Part shown: positions 1 to 9,180 of the stretch, piece by piece | Layout of the letters: each line of letters begins with the position of its first letter | How positions within the stretch are numbered: the stretch's first letter is position 1 | Assembly (NCBI GenBank): GCA_038874655.1 | Contig: JAVZBY010000004.1 | Location: 11,116 to 75,115, forward strand | Origin: Candidatus Woesearchaeota archaeon | GTDB lineage: Archaea > Nanobdellota > Nanobdellia > Woesearchaeales > GW2011-AR15 | Reading direction: 5' to 3' | Length of the DNA stretch: 64,000 nucleotides | The notes under the pieces: model-generated | Seen by the model: only the letters and a program-made list of their open reading frames with translations | Database searches by the model: none | What the model was told of the DNA's origin: nothing | Translations under genes and position numbers: made by a program

Positions 1-344
1 TAGTCTTGATAAATATTTGATTTACAAAAATTTTTTTTTATCATTTATTATTCCACATCAATTTAATTAATTTAAAAAAATTATAATTAGTTTCAAAATC
101 TAATAATAAATAAAAAAATAAAAAAGTTTTCTATATAATTTTTTCCAATTTCTTTTTTTACTCAAATTTAGAAAAATGTAAAAATAAACTAAAACAATAG
201 TAAATTATTTAAATTAGTTATCATTTGTTTTTGGTAACATTTATTTATTACTGAAAAATTTAAATAGTTAAAAAATATCTAAATAAAATAATTAAAACAT
301 AATATTAGAAGACTTAAAACATATTAAACTGGGAGGGGTGTATA

Positions 345-1604
345 ATGAAAAAATTATTTGCAATTGTTTTGATGTTATCTTTAATTTTAGGTGCATGCAC
401 ACAATATGAGTATAAAGAAAATGTTTCTCAAACTAACAACCTTGAAAATCAAATCAATGAAAAAAATAATGAAATTACTGGAGAAGTTGTAGAAGTGCTT
501 AATGAAGAAAAAATAGAAAATGTAGAACAAAAAAACCAGACTAAACAAGAAAATAAAGAAAATGAAAAAGAAGAAAAAAACAATATGATTATTGCATATG
601 AAGGAGATTTAATTGATTTAAAACCATATGTATATGATGCTGATGGTGATGATATTAAAATTGGTTATAGCTTTCCTTTTGATGAAAATGGAAAATGGCA
701 AACCAAAAAAGGAGATGCTGGGTTTTATTCTGTAATAATAACTGCAACTGACAAAAAAAATTCATTAGTTATGAAACAAATGGTTATAAAAGTTTTAGTT
801 AAAAACAAAAGTCCTATAATTCAGATTGATGATGTTTTAGAATTTAACGAAGGAGATCTTATTGAATTAAAACCTCTTGTCTTTGATGAAGATGATAAAG
901 AAGTTTCTGTAAAATACACAGGTTGGATGACCTCAAACAAATATCAAACAACCTATGAAGACTCTGGTGAATATGAAGTAACAATAACTGCTGATGATGG
1001 CAAAGACCCTGTTGAAAAGAAAATAAGAATCATAGTAAAAAATGTTAATAGAGAACCAATTTTAGAATTAGAACAAGAAAATTACACAATAACAGAAGGT
1101 GATCTATTACAAGTGAAAGCAACTGCAAAAGATCCTGATAATGATAAAGTTGAATTAAGTTTTGGAAAGCCATTATCAGAAAGCGGGAAATGGCAAACCC
1201 AAAAAGGAGATGCTGGCAAATACTTAATAAAAGTTTCTGCAAATGATGGACAAAATGTTGTAAAAAAAGATGTTGAAGTTGAAGTATTAAAGAAAAATGA
1301 ACCACCTATAATAAAAAGTATTGAAGTAGTTCCTCAATTTGTAGAATTAAAACAACCTGGTGATGAAGTAAAAGTAACTATTAAAGTAAATGCCGAAGAC
1401 CCAGATAAAGATGAATTAACTATAACCTACTCTGGTGATATGGAATCAGAAGAAAAAGTCTTTAAATATGGCGAAAAAGGTGGCATAAAAAAAGTAAAAG
1501 TTAGTGTTAGTGATGGAAAAGAAAGTGTTTCAGAGGAAGTTTCTTTTGAAATGAATAATTGGCCATGTTTTGACTGCCAAAGCTTAATTAAAGCACAAAA
1601 TTAA
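345..1604 (+). CDS. Secreted lipoprotein with four tandem Ig-like (PKD/cadherin-like) repeat domains
   Basis: SD gggaggggtg 4 nt upstream of ATG. N-terminal signal peptide with lipobox LILGAC. A unit of about 95 aa is repeated four times, with recurring motifs EGDLIxLKP, GKWQTxKGDAG and ATD/SAND-DGK. Confidence 0.6.
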   Translation: MKKLFAIVLMLSLILGACTQYEYKENVSQTNNLENQINEKNNEITGEVVEVLNEEKIENVEQKNQTKQENKENEKEEKNNMIIAYEGDLIDLKPYVYDADGDDIKIGYSFPFDENGKWQTKKGDAGFYSVIITATDKKNSLVMKQMVIKVLVKNKSPIIQIDDVLEFNEGDLIELKPLVFDEDDKEVSVKYTGWMTSNKYQTTYEDSGEYEVTITADDGKDPVEKKIRIIVKNVNREPILELEQENYTITEGDLLQVKATAKDPDNDKVELSFGKPLSESGKWQTQKGDAGKYLIKVSANDGQNVVKKDVEVEVLKKNEPPIIKSIEVVPQFVELKQPGDEVKVTIKVNAEDPDKDELTITYSGDMESEEKVFKYGEKGGIKKVKVSVSDGKESVSEEVSFEMNNWPCFDCQSLIKAQN

Positions 1605-1675
1605 AAAAAAGCTAAGAAAATTTAAAAAATAAATTATTAAAAAATTTTTTAAACTTTCTTTTTTATTATTGTTAT

Positions 1676-2983
1676 ATGAATAATAATTCTAGTGATATAA
1701 CTTCAAATGAGCAATTTTCTAAATATTTTGAATTATATGAACCTAGAGAGGATTCCTATTTATTACAAAAATATGTTCAAATATATACAAAAAAAGGTAT
1801 TTTATTTTTAGATATGGGTACTGGTTCAGGAATTCAAGGGATAACAGCTCTGAAAAAAAAAGCAAAAGTTGTTTCTATTGATATAAATAAAAAAGCAATT
1901 CAATATGCAAAAGAAAATGCAAAAAAAGAATTAAATGAAAAGGAATTAAAAAATATAAAATTTATTGAATCTGATTTATTCAAAAAAATTCCAAAAGAAT
2001 ATAAAAATAAATTTGATATTATTGCTTTTAACCCACCTTATTTACCAAAAGAAAGAATACTAAAAAAAGAAGATGAAAATATTGCGCTTTATTCTGCAAA
2101 AAGAGGTTGTGAGACAACACTAAGATTTTTAGAAAATGCAAATGAATATTTAAAAGAAGATGGTTTTATTTTACTGATTGGTTCATCATTAGCAAGCTGG
2201 TCTTTATTAGAAGAATCATTAAAAAAAAATCTTTTTGATTATGAGATACTAGAAAAAATACATATATTTTTTGAAGATATTTTCATTTTGAAAATAAAAA
2301 AATCTGAAATTTTAAAAAAACTTGAAAAACTTAAAATAAAAAATCCAAAATTATTTGCAAAAGGAAAAAGAGGTTTAATAATTAAAGGGTTATTAAAAAA
2401 TAAAAAAATATTAAAAAACAAAAATAAAAAAGAAGTTGCTATAAAAATAAAAAGAAAAGATAGTGAAGCAAAAAACACAATAGAGAATGAAACTAAATTT
2501 TTAAAAATTTTAAATAAACACAAGATAGGGCCAAAATTAATATTATCAAAAAAAGATTTTTTAATTTATGAATTTGTAAAAGGTGAATTTATATTTGATT
2601 TCATTATGGAAAAAACAAAAAAAGAAATTATCTTGGTTTTAAAAAAAATCTTCAAACAACTTTTCATTCTAGATAAATTAAAAATAAACAAATTTGAAAT
2701 GCACCATCCTCATAAACACATTATAATAGAAGAAAAAATATCAAGAAAAAAAGAAACTTATAATCCTGTTTTAATTGATTTTGAAAGAGCCCGTTTCTCT
2801 AATGACACAAAAAACATAACACAATTTTGTGATTTTTTAATTGGAGAAGATTTAAACAAAATATTAAAAGAAAAAAATATAATAATTCATAAAGAAAAAA
2901 TTATAGAAATGGCAAAAAATTATAAACATAATAAAACAAAAAAAAATTTCTATGAACTATTAAAATATTTATCCATGATCTAA
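1676..2983 (+). CDS. Fusion protein: N-terminal Mtq2/HemK-type NPPY SAM-dependent methyltransferase plus C-terminal Bud32/RIO-like atypical kinase domain
   Basis: YEPREDSYLL, DMGTGSGIQG (SAM motif I) and FNPPYLP (motif IV) lie in the first ~200 aa. The C-terminal half carries Bud32-like blocks KIGPKLI..IYEFVKGE and VLIDFERARFS. Confidence 0.5.
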   Translation: MNNNSSDITSNEQFSKYFELYEPREDSYLLQKYVQIYTKKGILFLDMGTGSGIQGITALKKKAKVVSIDINKKAIQYAKENAKKELNEKELKNIKFIESDLFKKIPKEYKNKFDIIAFNPPYLPKERILKKEDENIALYSAKRGCETTLRFLENANEYLKEDGFILLIGSSLASWSLLEESLKKNLFDYEILEKIHIFFEDIFILKIKKSEILKKLEKLKIKNPKLFAKGKRGLIIKGLLKNKKILKNKNKKEVAIKIKRKDSEAKNTIENETKFLKILNKHKIGPKLILSKKDFLIYEFVKGEFIFDFIMEKTKKEIILVLKKIFKQLFILDKLKINKFEMHHPHKHIIIEEKISRKKETYNPVLIDFERARFSNDTKNITQFCDFLIGEDLNKILKEKNIIIHKEKIIEMAKNYKHNKTKKNFYELLKYLSMI

Positions 2984-3000
2984 AAAAAATTGCCTTGAAA

Positions 3001-3303
3001 ATGAATAGAATACTTTCAAAGAAAGTTTATAACTTAGTAAAAAAAATTCCAAAAGGTAAAATAACTACCTATAAAGAGATTGCAAAAGCATTAGATACTA
3101 AATCATATAGATTGATTGGAAAAATACTAAGCAAAAATAATGATAAAAATATACCTTGCCATAGAGTAATAATGAGCAATGGTTCTTTAGGTGGTTATAG
3201 AGGAAATAAAAATAATTTTAAAAAGAAAAAACTTTTAGAAAAAGAAGGAATAAAAATAATAAATAATAAAATTGAAATTAAAAAATATCTACATAAGTTT
3301 TAA
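3001..3303 (+). CDS. MGMT-family protein (O6-alkylguanine-DNA alkyltransferase active-site/DNA-binding domain only)
   Basis: PCHRV active-site motif with an HTH-like TYKEIAKAL upstream. About 100 aa, single domain. The ATG at 3001 is preferred over the TTG at 2995 used by the ORF track. Confidence 0.6.
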   Translation: MNRILSKKVYNLVKKIPKGKITTYKEIAKALDTKSYRLIGKILSKNNDKNIPCHRVIMSNGSLGGYRGNKNNFKKKKLLEKEGIKIINNKIEIKKYLHKF

Positions 3304-3324
3304 GGAAAAAATAATAAAAAAAAA

Positions 3325-4272
3325 TTAATTTGCTTCTTTAACTTTATCTTTTAATTTTTTCCTAATTTTTTTCACATCATCTTCTAAGCCTAATCTTGCT
3401 AATAACTCTTTATATCTATTTCTTATGGTTACTTCTGTTACACCAGCTACATCTGCTACTTCTCTTTGTGTTCTTTTTTCACCATTAACCAAAGAAGCCA
3501 CATATAAACCTGCTGCTGCAATTCCAGTTGGTCCTCTTCCAGAGGTTAATTCTGCGCCTTGTGCCATTTCTATTATTTCAACAGCTTTACTTTGTGTTTT
3601 TGGACTCAAACCTAATGCACTACAAAATCTTGGTATATAATCAACTGGATTGCTTGGCAAAATTGTAATTGCTAATTCTCTTGTTATAAATCTGTAAGTT
3701 CTTCCAACTTCTTTTTTTTCAATACCCGATGCTGCTGATAACTCATCTAAAGTTCTAGGTACTTCATGCCTTCTGCATGCTGCATACAAAGTTCCTGCTA
3801 CCACTGATTCCATACTACGACCTCTAACTAATCCTCTTTGTACTGCCAATGTATATAATCTCGCAGCTTCTTCCTCTACTGACTTAGGTAATTTCAAATA
3901 AGAAGAAACTCTTTTTAATTCTGCTAATGCTAATTTTAAATTCCTTTCAATTGCAGTTGAGATTCTATATTGCCATTTTCTTAATCTATAAAACTTATTT
4001 TTTGTCTTTTTTTCTAAATTATATAAATCTGCTTTTCTTCCTACTTCTGTTCCTAAACCTTGATCATATTGAGTATAGGTCATTGGCGCACCTGTTCTTC
4101 TTTTCATGTCAGCATCATCGCCATCAAATTCACGCCAATCCTGACCAAAGTCAACCATCTTTTCTTCAACAACTAAACCACAATCCTTACAAATTACCTC
4201 TCCTTTTTCAGTGTTAAAGAACAAGTTAGTGCCGCCACACTCTGGGCACTTTCTCACATATTCTCTATCCAA
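3325..4272 (-). CDS. tfb: Transcription initiation factor IIB (TFB)
   Basis: N-terminal Zn ribbon CPECGG..CKDCG followed by two cyclin-fold repeats; strong family resemblance to archaeal TFB. The TTG start is preceded by GGGGTGA at 4 nt spacing. Confidence 0.9.
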   Translation of the reverse strand: MDREYVRKCPECGGTNLFFNTEKGEVICKDCGLVVEEKMVDFGQDWREFDGDDADMKRRTGAPMTYTQYDQGLGTEVGRKADLYNLEKKTKNKFYRLRKWQYRISTAIERNLKLALAELKRVSSYLKLPKSVEEEAARLYTLAVQRGLVRGRSMESVVAGTLYAACRRHEVPRTLDELSAASGIEKKEVGRTYRFITRELAITILPSNPVDYIPRFCSALGLSPKTQSKAVEIIEMAQGAELTSGRGPTGIAAAGLYVASLVNGEKRTQREVADVAGVTEVTIRNRYKELLARLGLEDDVKKIRKKLKDKVKEAN

Positions 4273-4276
4273 TATT

Positions 4277-4283
4277 TCACCCC
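4277..4283 (-). promoter_or_regulatory. Shine-Dalgarno GGGGTGA for the TFB TTG start
   Basis: Minus strand reads GGGGTGA-AATA-TTG. Confidence 0.5.
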
Positions 4284-4522
4284 ACTGTTTAAAAAATTTT
4301 TAAAAATTTCAATTAAAAAATAACAAACTTTTTAAATAGGACAAAAAAAACATTTATAAAGATTTCGGTTTTTATAGAGAAAAAACTTCAAAAATTAAAA
4401 AAAAAAGTTTATAAATTTTTTGAAAAACTCTTTTTTATAAACTAGAAAAAAGAAAATTTAATTTCTTTTTTCTAAATTTGCCAATAGTAATATTTATAAA
4501 CACATAGATAAATAAAATTAAC

Positions 4523-5134
4523 ATGAATAACACAAATAAATTAATTTTTTTTATTACATTATTTGTTTTAGCAAGTTGCACTTTAATGGAAACACCAAAA
4601 GATAACACACCAAGATTATTAAGTCAATGGGCTGTTTCTGCTACTGCATCTGACTCATATGGCGGTTCTGGGCAAAATATTGATGATCAAAGTGCTTATG
4701 CTGCTACTGGCAAACCAAATGTAAAAAATTGTGAAAACAGCAATTATGCATGGACAATCTCTAGAGAAAATGATGGAATTCATTGGATAGAATTAAATTA
4801 TGATATTCCTGTATATGTTAATAAAGTAAGAGTTTATGAAAACTTCAATCCTGGAAGTGTTATAAAAATAGAGTTAAAAAAAGATAATGGTTATGAAACA
4901 TTATGGCAAGGCACTTATAAAACAAAACAATGTCCTTATGTTTTAGAGAAAGAATATCGTAGTTTAGAAGGAAATATAACCAAAAATATAACTTCTTATA
5001 AAACAGACACAATAAGAATAACTGTTGATACAGATGTTCCTGGTTGGAATGAAATTGATGCTGTTGAATTAATTGGATATGAAAAAAAATTTACAATTCT
5101 TAATGGAACAATTGTTTTTGAAAACGAAGATTAA
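4523..5134 (+). CDS. Hypothetical secreted lipoprotein
   Basis: Signal peptide with lipobox LASC. No recognisable domain. Confidence 0.5.
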   Translation: MNNTNKLIFFITLFVLASCTLMETPKDNTPRLLSQWAVSATASDSYGGSGQNIDDQSAYAATGKPNVKNCENSNYAWTISRENDGIHWIELNYDIPVYVNKVRVYENFNPGSVIKIELKKDNGYETLWQGTYKTKQCPYVLEKEYRSLEGNITKNITSYKTDTIRITVDTDVPGWNEIDAVELIGYEKKFTILNGTIVFENED

Positions 5135-5175
5135 AAGAAAAAGAAGAAAAACAAAAAATAAAACAAGTTAATTCT

Positions 5176-5844
5176 TTATTCCATATTTATACCAAATTCT
5201 TGTGGTTCTGCAGGTAATTCAAACTCTGAATCACTAACTTTATTGCTATATTCTATTGCTGTCATTTCTGTTTTACCTGCTGCAGATTCAACTTTTTGAT
5301 ACAATGGAACAAATTCATTAGAATAACATGTTTCTGTTTTTGTGCTTGACAATTCATAACCAAAGCATCTTGCCTTTACTCCTGCAATTGTCCTAGAAGG
5401 TAATTCAACAACATTATATTTTTGCCAATTATCTCTTAAATCCTCATCTGTTTTTATCATATCATTCTGCTGATTAAATTCATAGCAAATTGGCTCTTCT
5501 TCTGTAATACACATATAAGTTTTATCATTAACTCTATAAACACTGCTTTCTTTTGATACATACTTAAAATTTTTACCCTTAAACACTAAGGTTTGCTCTC
5601 TCCCAACATTTCCAAAATTATCACTAACAGAATAAACAACTTTATATTCTGGCATTTTTGGTATATTTGAAAAAAAATCTTTTATATTATTATTCTCATT
5701 TTTTGTTTCAACATTTGTTTGTTCTGTTGTTTTTACTTCTGTATTTAAATTAGTATCTAAGCTATTTAAATTTTGATCTTCACCTGTTCTTGTGCATGCA
5801 GAAAAAATAAGCAATGCAACAAGCATTATTAAAATTTTTTTCAT
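5176..5844 (-). CDS. Hypothetical secreted lipoprotein
   Basis: SD GGGGTGA upstream. Signal peptide with lipobox FSAC. Confidence 0.5.
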   Translation of the reverse strand: MKKILIMLVALLIFSACTRTGEDQNLNSLDTNLNTEVKTTEQTNVETKNENNNIKDFFSNIPKMPEYKVVYSVSDNFGNVGREQTLVFKGKNFKYVSKESSVYRVNDKTYMCITEEEPICYEFNQQNDMIKTDEDLRDNWQKYNVVELPSRTIAGVKARCFGYELSSTKTETCYSNEFVPLYQKVESAAGKTEMTAIEYSNKVSDSEFELPAEPQEFGINME

Positions 5845-5966
5845 AAAATCACCCCAAATTTATTAAAAATAAATCTATTTAAATATATTATTATTTTTAT
5901 ATAAAGCAAAAATAGATTCATCTTAAAAAAAGTAAAAAAATCAAGATAATAAAGAATGGTGAGAAA

Positions 5967-6890
5967 ATGGAAGAAGTATATGTTGTAGGACATTTAACAC
6001 CTGATACAGATACAACAGTTTCTGCTGTTTCAATGGCAGCTTTCTTAAATTTAAGAGATAAAACTAACAAATATAAACCTGCAATGACTGGAAAACCAAA
6101 CTCTGAAACAGAATATGTTTTCAAAAAATATAATTATGACTTGCCTCTTTTATTAGAAGATGCAAATGGAAAAAAATTATTTTTAGTAGACCATAATGAA
6201 AGCTCTCAAATAGTAAGAGGTTTTAGTACAGAAAATATTTTAGGTTTTGTTGATCATCATAAAATAAAATTTGAATGTCCTAATCCAATAGAAATAATAA
6301 CAAAACCATGGGGTTCAACTAACTCAATAATCTTTGATTTATATGAAAAAGAAAATATTAAACTTCCTGAGAAAATAAAACCCTTAATGTTATGTGCAAT
6401 TTTATCTGATACAGTTATTACAAAAAGCCCAACAACAACACCTAAAGACATCTATGTTATAGAAAAACTTTCTAAAGAATTAAAAATAGATTATAAAGAA
6501 TTGGGTATGGAAATTTTCAAAGCAAAAGCACAGATATCAAAAAAGACACCAGAAGAAATAATAAAAAATGATTTCAAAGATTTTGAATTTAATGGAAAAA
6601 AATTCGGAATTGGACAAATTGAAATGCCTTCTTTAGATGAAATAAAACCAAAATTCAATGATTTAATACAAAAATCAAAAGAATTAAAACAAAAACAGAA
6701 CTATCACACAATAATACTAATGCTAACAGACATAATTCAAGAAGGTTCTATCTTATTAGTTGTTAGCGATGAGGAAAACAAAATATCAGGCATATTTAAA
6801 ACAAAGATAAAAAATAATTTAACAGACTTCCTTCCAGGAGTATTATCAAGGAAAAAACAAGTTGCATCGAAAATTGCAGAGAATTTTTGA
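5967..6890 (+). CDS. ppaC: Manganese-dependent inorganic pyrophosphatase, family II (DHH phosphoesterase)
   Basis: Motifs HLTPDTD, LVDHNE and VDHHK of the DHH/family II PPase. Length of ~307 aa fits. SD GGTGA upstream. Confidence 0.7.
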   Translation: MEEVYVVGHLTPDTDTTVSAVSMAAFLNLRDKTNKYKPAMTGKPNSETEYVFKKYNYDLPLLLEDANGKKLFLVDHNESSQIVRGFSTENILGFVDHHKIKFECPNPIEIITKPWGSTNSIIFDLYEKENIKLPEKIKPLMLCAILSDTVITKSPTTTPKDIYVIEKLSKELKIDYKELGMEIFKAKAQISKKTPEEIIKNDFKDFEFNGKKFGIGQIEMPSLDEIKPKFNDLIQKSKELKQKQNYHTIILMLTDIIQEGSILLVVSDEENKISGIFKTKIKNNLTDFLPGVLSRKKQVASKIAENF

Positions 6891-6941
6891 TAAAAAAAAT
6901 TAATAACTAATTTTCTATTTTTTTGTTATTTTTTTAACATA

Positions 6942-7370
6942 ATGTTTTTTTATAATTCTTTTCACAAAAAAAATATGGATTTGGAAGATAGATTAAGTTT
7001 AACACCTATTAAGAATATTCCTATTTTTAAAGAAGCTTTTCTTGTTGCTAGAGCAGGTGTTCCTGGTTTAGATATTAGAGATGTTAAATTAGATGCTGAA
7101 ACTTATGTTTCTAATGTTTTAAGACAAAATTTGCCAAAAAGTTTAATCCCTGCAAATTTATACATAGGGGATAAAGATGCAATTAATTGTTTAATGGATT
7201 TGCATAGTCATCCTAAAGCATACACTTCGCCTTTTAATTCACCTACGTTTGATCCTAATTCAATTGGATTAACTTGCCCTAGATTAACCTTTGGTTATGA
7301 AATAGGTAATAATGAAGTATATTTGGTAATAGGAAGAAGTTATGCAAAAACTCCATTCTGTCATCATTAA
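6942..7370 (+). CDS. Hypothetical protein
   Basis: ORF only. No SD and no recognisable motif. Confidence 0.3.
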   Translation: MFFYNSFHKKNMDLEDRLSLTPIKNIPIFKEAFLVARAGVPGLDIRDVKLDAETYVSNVLRQNLPKSLIPANLYIGDKDAINCLMDLHSHPKAYTSPFNSPTFDPNSIGLTCPRLTFGYEIGNNEVYLVIGRSYAKTPFCHH

Positions 7371-7407
7371 TAATAAAAAAATAATTTTTATTAATTTTAT
7401 TAAACTT

Positions 7408-7959
7408 TTACTTACCCACAAACAAATTATATTTCTCATTCCCTAATAATTCTGAAATAATCCTTTTAGAAAACATTTTTTGTGGATCTGGAATTAATTT
7501 TATTCTATTTTTTAAATCCTGGAAAGATTCAAAAGGCTTTTCTTGTCTTTGTTCTATTATTTCCCACATATGTTTTTTTCCTAAGCCAGGTAATAATTCT
7601 AAAACATGCATTCTTGTTGTAATTGGCTGGCTTTTATTAATAAAATCCACAAATCTCTTTTCATTTTTCATAACTAAATCATTTACAACAAATTCTAATT
7701 CTGCTCTTGCTGTTGCTGTTAATTTACTAGGATTTAGTCTACCATTTATATGATGAATCAAATCTCTTTTTCCTTCACCTATATAAATTTCTTGATGAAT
7801 ATTTAAAACAACATCTTTTTTTGGAACTAATTCTAACAATGTGAAATTATTAACTCCAATTGCTTGCACAATTGGTGTTTTTTTAAAACTAGGGCTATTA
7901 TCAAAAGGATAACCATTTGGCAAAAAATCTAAAACAATTGCTTTTTCTTCTTTATTCAT
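7408..7959 (-). CDS. DUF655-family protein (conserved archaeal protein of the L21e-Rpo4 cluster)
   Basis: Sits downstream of rpoF and rpl21e in the order conserved in archaea. C-terminal HhH-like region. GGGGG SD lies 6 nt before the second ATG. Confidence 0.5.
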   Translation of the reverse strand: MNKEEKAIVLDFLPNGYPFDNSPSFKKTPIVQAIGVNNFTLLELVPKKDVVLNIHQEIYIGEGKRDLIHHINGRLNPSKLTATARAELEFVVNDLVMKNEKRFVDFINKSQPITTRMHVLELLPGLGKKHMWEIIEQRQEKPFESFQDLKNRIKLIPDPQKMFSKRIISELLGNEKYNLFVGK

Positions 7960-8087
7960 TTTCATCCCCCATTAAAATATTCTAAAATTTTTTAAAAATT
8001 AAACTACATTACTTTTACTAAATATTAAATCAAAAAAGAATAAACTATTTAAATCTTTTTTTAATTAAACTTATTGAAGCTCTAAAT

Positions 8088-8435
8088 TCAAGCTTTTTTA
8101 TATTTGTTAATTGCTTCAATAATTTTATCCATATTTTCTTTACTTATTGTTAAAGAATATCCCTGTAAAATAACTTTTAATTCTTCAACACTTCCTGGCA
8201 AAACATCTAATATCTTTTTTACAATAACTTCCTTCATTCTAGGAATTTCTAATTTTAAAATTTCTTTTTCTAATTCTTCCGCATCCTTTTCTTTTAAAAC
8301 AGAGACATTATTAACATATTCTTCTGTTTTTCCTGCTCTTAAAGAAAGCTCAGTATCTCTTTTTTTTATATCTTTTAAGAATTTTTTCAAATCATAAATA
8401 CTAATTGGCTCTTCAGAAATAACTTTTGGATTCAT
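8088..8435 (-). CDS. rpoF: DNA-directed RNA polymerase subunit Rpo4/F
   Basis: Small acidic, helical protein immediately downstream of L21e, matching the conserved L21e-RpoF-DUF655 cluster. SD AGGTGA. Confidence 0.6.
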   Translation of the reverse strand: MNPKVISEEPISIYDLKKFLKDIKKRDTELSLRAGKTEEYVNNVSVLKEKDAEELEKEILKLEIPRMKEVIVKKILDVLPGSVEELKVILQGYSLTISKENMDKIIEAINKYKKA

Positions 8436-8523
8436 CTTTTCACCTTTTAAATAATGAATAATTTAATTATAAATAAAATTTATTAAACCATTCTAAAAAT
8501 TAAACAAAACTTTCCTAACACTA

Positions 8524-8814
8524 CTAATTACTTCTTACCAAATGAACTGGATGCACTATAATCATTTTATCCTTATTACCATCCTTGATCAAGACATTAT
8601 AACATTCTCCTTGCTTTCCTGTAATATAACCAATTTTACCATGAAATCTTGGATAATACCTTCCTTTATGATAAGAAGGCTCTACCTTTAATACAACTTT
8701 GTCCCCTTCTTTAAACTCTTGAAAAAACTTTCTAATTGAAAGTTTGCCTTTTGATCTATAATCCTTTCTAAATTTTTGTCTTGTTCCTCTTCCAAAACTA
8801 TGATGATGTTGCAT
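8524..8814 (-). CDS. rpl21e: Ribosomal protein L21e
   Basis: MQHHHSFGRGTRQKFRK..GDKVV..HPVHL is the typical eL21 sequence. Confidence 0.85.
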   Translation of the reverse strand: MQHHHSFGRGTRQKFRKDYRSKGKLSIRKFFQEFKEGDKVVLKVEPSYHKGRYYPRFHGKIGYITGKQGECYNVLIKDGNKDKMIIVHPVHLVRSN

Positions 8815-8865
8815 ATTGCTATGAAAAAAACAAATGTTTATAAAGATTACTATAAAACAAACCCT

Positions 8866-9120
8866 TTATTTTCTATAAATAGAAAAAACATTTCCAATTT
8901 CACTTACAAGAAGAGCTTTTGATTTTTGCAATACTTTTTCTATGATTTCTGATTTCTCCATAGGACAATTGTTTAAAATCTTTATTTTTATTAAATGCCT
9001 TTTTTTTAAAAGCTTTTCAACCTCATTATAAACATTATTACTTAACCCAAATTTACCTATTCTTAAGATTGGTTCTAAATTTTTTGCTTTTTCTCTTAAA
9101 TATTTTAAATTTTCTTCCAT
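8866..9120 (-). CDS. CRM-domain RNA-binding protein (YhbY/CRS1 family)
   Basis: About 84 aa with a GKFGLS motif and the typical CRM-domain length. Confidence 0.55.
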   Translation of the reverse strand: MEENLKYLREKAKNLEPILRIGKFGLSNNVYNEVEKLLKKRHLIKIKILNNCPMEKSEIIEKVLQKSKALLVSEIGNVFSIYRK

Positions 9121-9180
9121 TTTAAAAAAATATATGATAAAATGATTAAAATAAATTATTAAAATATAGTATTTAAAAAA

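Noticed and set aside
2239-2523. 94-aa minus ORF inside the methyltransferase-kinase fusion gene, and the similar 1045..1305 ORF inside the Ig-repeat lipoprotein gene
   Set aside because: Antisense Phe/Ile/Leu-rich frames generated by AT-rich coding DNA. No independent support.
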